DNA from: Calditrichaceae bacterium
Lineage (GTDB): Bacteria > Calditrichota > Calditrichia > Calditrichales > JBFXGD01
DNA: 64,000 nucleotides
Assembly (NCBI GenBank): GCA_050173015.1
Contig: JBFXLE010000004.1
Coordinates: forward strand, 32,001 to 96,000
Reading direction: 5' to 3'
A program made the translations under genes and the position numbers. The notes under the pieces were generated by a model that saw nothing but the letters and a program-made list of their open reading frames with translations, made no database searches and was not told the origin of the DNA. Of this stretch, positions 62,268 through 64,000 are shown piece by piece (positions within the stretch are counted from its first letter, which is position 1; each line of letters starts with the position of its first letter).

Positions 62268-63574
62268 TGGTAAGTCTGCTAAATGATATCAGTCTGCATT
62301 GGGCCAATCTATTCTTAGCGATGATAGTTCAGAGTTCTGTCTTTGTTTCCCTGATCCTTTTTTTTCTCCATATGATGCGCCATAAAGAAGCATGGTTTTT
62401 AAAATCTGTTACCGTTGTCGGTTTAGTTAAATTAGTTGTGCCTCCGTTTCTCATATCTGACCGCGTGAATGAAGCGATTATTTCAGGAATGGGTTGGCTT
62501 CCAATCATCACCGTTTTTCCGAATGCGAAAGTCGATCCTGTTGAGCAATTATCCTTATCCGGTTTCGTTTTTCTCTCCTGGCTGGGCATTTGCTTAATTC
62601 TGCTAATCGCTGTTTCCATACGTCATTTGGCGTTTCGCTATGGGTTTCGTGATATAATACCGATAGATAATCCGTTGAGTCACCCGGATGAGCGCGATTT
62701 AAAGATCATGTTTCTGCAATCAAAGAAAGTACACAGTCCTTTTGTAATCGGTTTGTTCAGGCATAAAATCATTCTACCGGCAAACTGGTCGCAATGGAAT
62801 AGTCAGACACAACGCGCCATTATTACTCATGAAATCGGTCACATCAGGCAAGGAGATCGATGGTTGAATTTGTTGAAAATATTTGTCCTTAGTATCCATT
62901 TTTTCAATCCGCTCGCCTGGATACTAACGCGTAAATTAACCTGTTTCAGCGAAATTTTATGTGATGAGGTATCATTAAAGTCAAACGGATTTGGGAGAAA
63001 AGCATACGCGCGTGTTTTATTGACGATTGCCGAAGAAACCGGAGGGAGGTTAACCGGCGTCTCGGCGCTAAATTTCTCCAGGACCCATCGTTTACTAAAA
63101 ACCCGTATTACCTATCAGTTAAGTCAAAAAGAGGAGACAATGATGAAGAACTCAACATGGGCGAACCGGATCACTATTCTGGGGCTGTCGCTAATGGTCA
63201 TTCTGTTTTCCTGGCAATGCAGTAATGATAACAATGCCGCGCCAAGCGAAACCAAACAGCAGATTTCATCAGTCGTGACACAATCCGATGCCATGGACTT
63301 TTCAAGTGTGGATGTTAAGCCGGAACTGGTTAAGAAGGAAAGACCGGAATATCCTGAAGACGCCAGAAGAGGAGGCATTGAAGGAACCGTTATTGTCGCG
63401 GTCACCATTGATGTTGATGGATCGGTGACAGAGGCCAGTATATTAAAATCGGTACCACTGCTTGATCAGGCTGCCCTTGATGCCGCCAGGATGGCGCAAT
63501 TCACACCCGCGGAGCATGACGGGAAAAAAGTAAAAGTGACAATGAAAATTCCGTATCAGTTCAAACTAAAATAA
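62264..63574 (+). CDS. M56 (BlaR1-type) peptidase fused to a TonB C-terminal domain
   Basis: SPF, HEIGHIRQGD, FFNPLAW, E.LCD; PEYPEDARRGGIEGTV...FTPA..DGKKV. Confidence 0.9.
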   Translation: MMVSLLNDISLHWANLFLAMIVQSSVFVSLILFFLHMMRHKEAWFLKSVTVVGLVKLVVPPFLISDRVNEAIISGMGWLPIITVFPNAKVDPVEQLSLSGFVFLSWLGICLILLIAVSIRHLAFRYGFRDIIPIDNPLSHPDERDLKIMFLQSKKVHSPFVIGLFRHKIILPANWSQWNSQTQRAIITHEIGHIRQGDRWLNLLKIFVLSIHFFNPLAWILTRKLTCFSEILCDEVSLKSNGFGRKAYARVLLTIAEETGGRLTGVSALNFSRTHRLLKTRITYQLSQKEETMMKNSTWANRITILGLSLMVILFSWQCSNDNNAAPSETKQQISSVVTQSDAMDFSSVDVKPELVKKERPEYPEDARRGGIEGTVIVAVTIDVDGSVTEASILKSVPLLDQAALDAARMAQFTPAEHDGKKVKVTMKIPYQFKLK

Positions 63575-63583
63575 TGATACCCC

Positions 63584-63618
63584 TGGTCTTAACTCCATCC
63601 GGATAGGTTTTAAGACCA
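63584..63618. terminator. Hairpin between convergent genes
   Basis: TGGTCTTAA / TTAAGACCA stem. Confidence 0.5.
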
Positions 63619-63706
63619 TTCGTGTAAGCCCGGGCTTTATTTTAACATCAATAATGACATCACTATTAACTCAAGTGTCTTCGTTGCATTCATTTTCAAA
63701 GATGTC

Positions 63707-64000
63707 TCAGTATTCATCCAAATCAATGACCAGAAAGGCATTTAAATTATCAGTTACAAAAGTTTTTACCCATACCGGTAACTCGTGGCCGTCTAAAAGT
63801 GGAATATCATTGCGATAGACATCATCCAGCCATTTCCGGCTTTTTTCGGTGATCGCGCGCCACATATTTGATTGTCTCAAAAAGCGGGTCCGGAGAATCT
63901 CGAAAACCAGAACGGTGGAAAGCAGCGTAAATAAATCGACATTCTGCCCTGTTTTGATGTTTTTTGAGAGTTTTTGAATTGTATTCAAATCGAGTTTAAG
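63707..64000 (-). CDS. C-terminal end of a protein running off the window (possibly VIT/vWA type)
   Basis: Frame open to the window edge; TLLSTVLVFEIL...W....KSRKWL resembles C-termini of VIT-vWA proteins. Confidence 0.45.
   Translation of the reverse strand, partial: LKLDLNTIQKLSKNIKTGQNVDLFTLLSTVLVFEILRTRFLRQSNMWRAITEKSRKWLDDVYRNDIPLLDGHELPVWVKTFVTDNLNAFLVIDLDEY

Noticed and set aside
125-63408. Numerous short minus-strand and alternate-frame ORFs in the track
   Set aside because: They shadow well-supported + strand genes and show no motifs
1-64000. Integron integrase, rRNA or tRNA genes
   Set aside because: No tyrosine recombinase ORF and no structured RNA gene signature recognised

Overview
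Bacterial genomic window, probably from an FCB-group lineage such as Calditrichota (inferred from the T9SS-type sorting domains, PorV and a TonB receptor locus lacking SusD). Nearly every gene is on the + strand. (1) 1-27 kb is an accessory region of small stress/detox-type genes (GNAT, SRPBCC, VOC, YciI, SnoaL, an AAC(3)-I-like acetyltransferase). It holds one intact attC, several decayed attC-like sites, a REP/REPIN array around a Y1 (RAYT/IS200-like) transposase and two 20-21 bp tandem arrays. The standout is an AT-rich ~2.96 kb three-gene integron cassette (4248-7209), preceded by four phased palindromes. It encodes a secreted transglutaminase-like/TPR protein, a signal-peptide 'mini-Rhs' with no YD-repeat shell, and an FGE-fold lipoprotein lacking the FGE catalytic cysteines. 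(2) 27.4-51 kb is a putative dextran/alpha-glucan utilisation locus: orphan sugar-binding protein + histidine kinase + sigma-54 activator, a -24/-12 promoter, two Na+/sugar symporters, CTD-bearing surface proteins, TonB-dependent receptor, PorV, two GH66 and a six-hairpin glucosidase. (3) 51-64 kb has mixed genes: OsmC, CsgG-like, desaturase, cation-chloride cotransporter, HPD-LRR protein, YhhN, and BlaI with M56-TonB. All family calls come from motif recognition by eye, not database searches.
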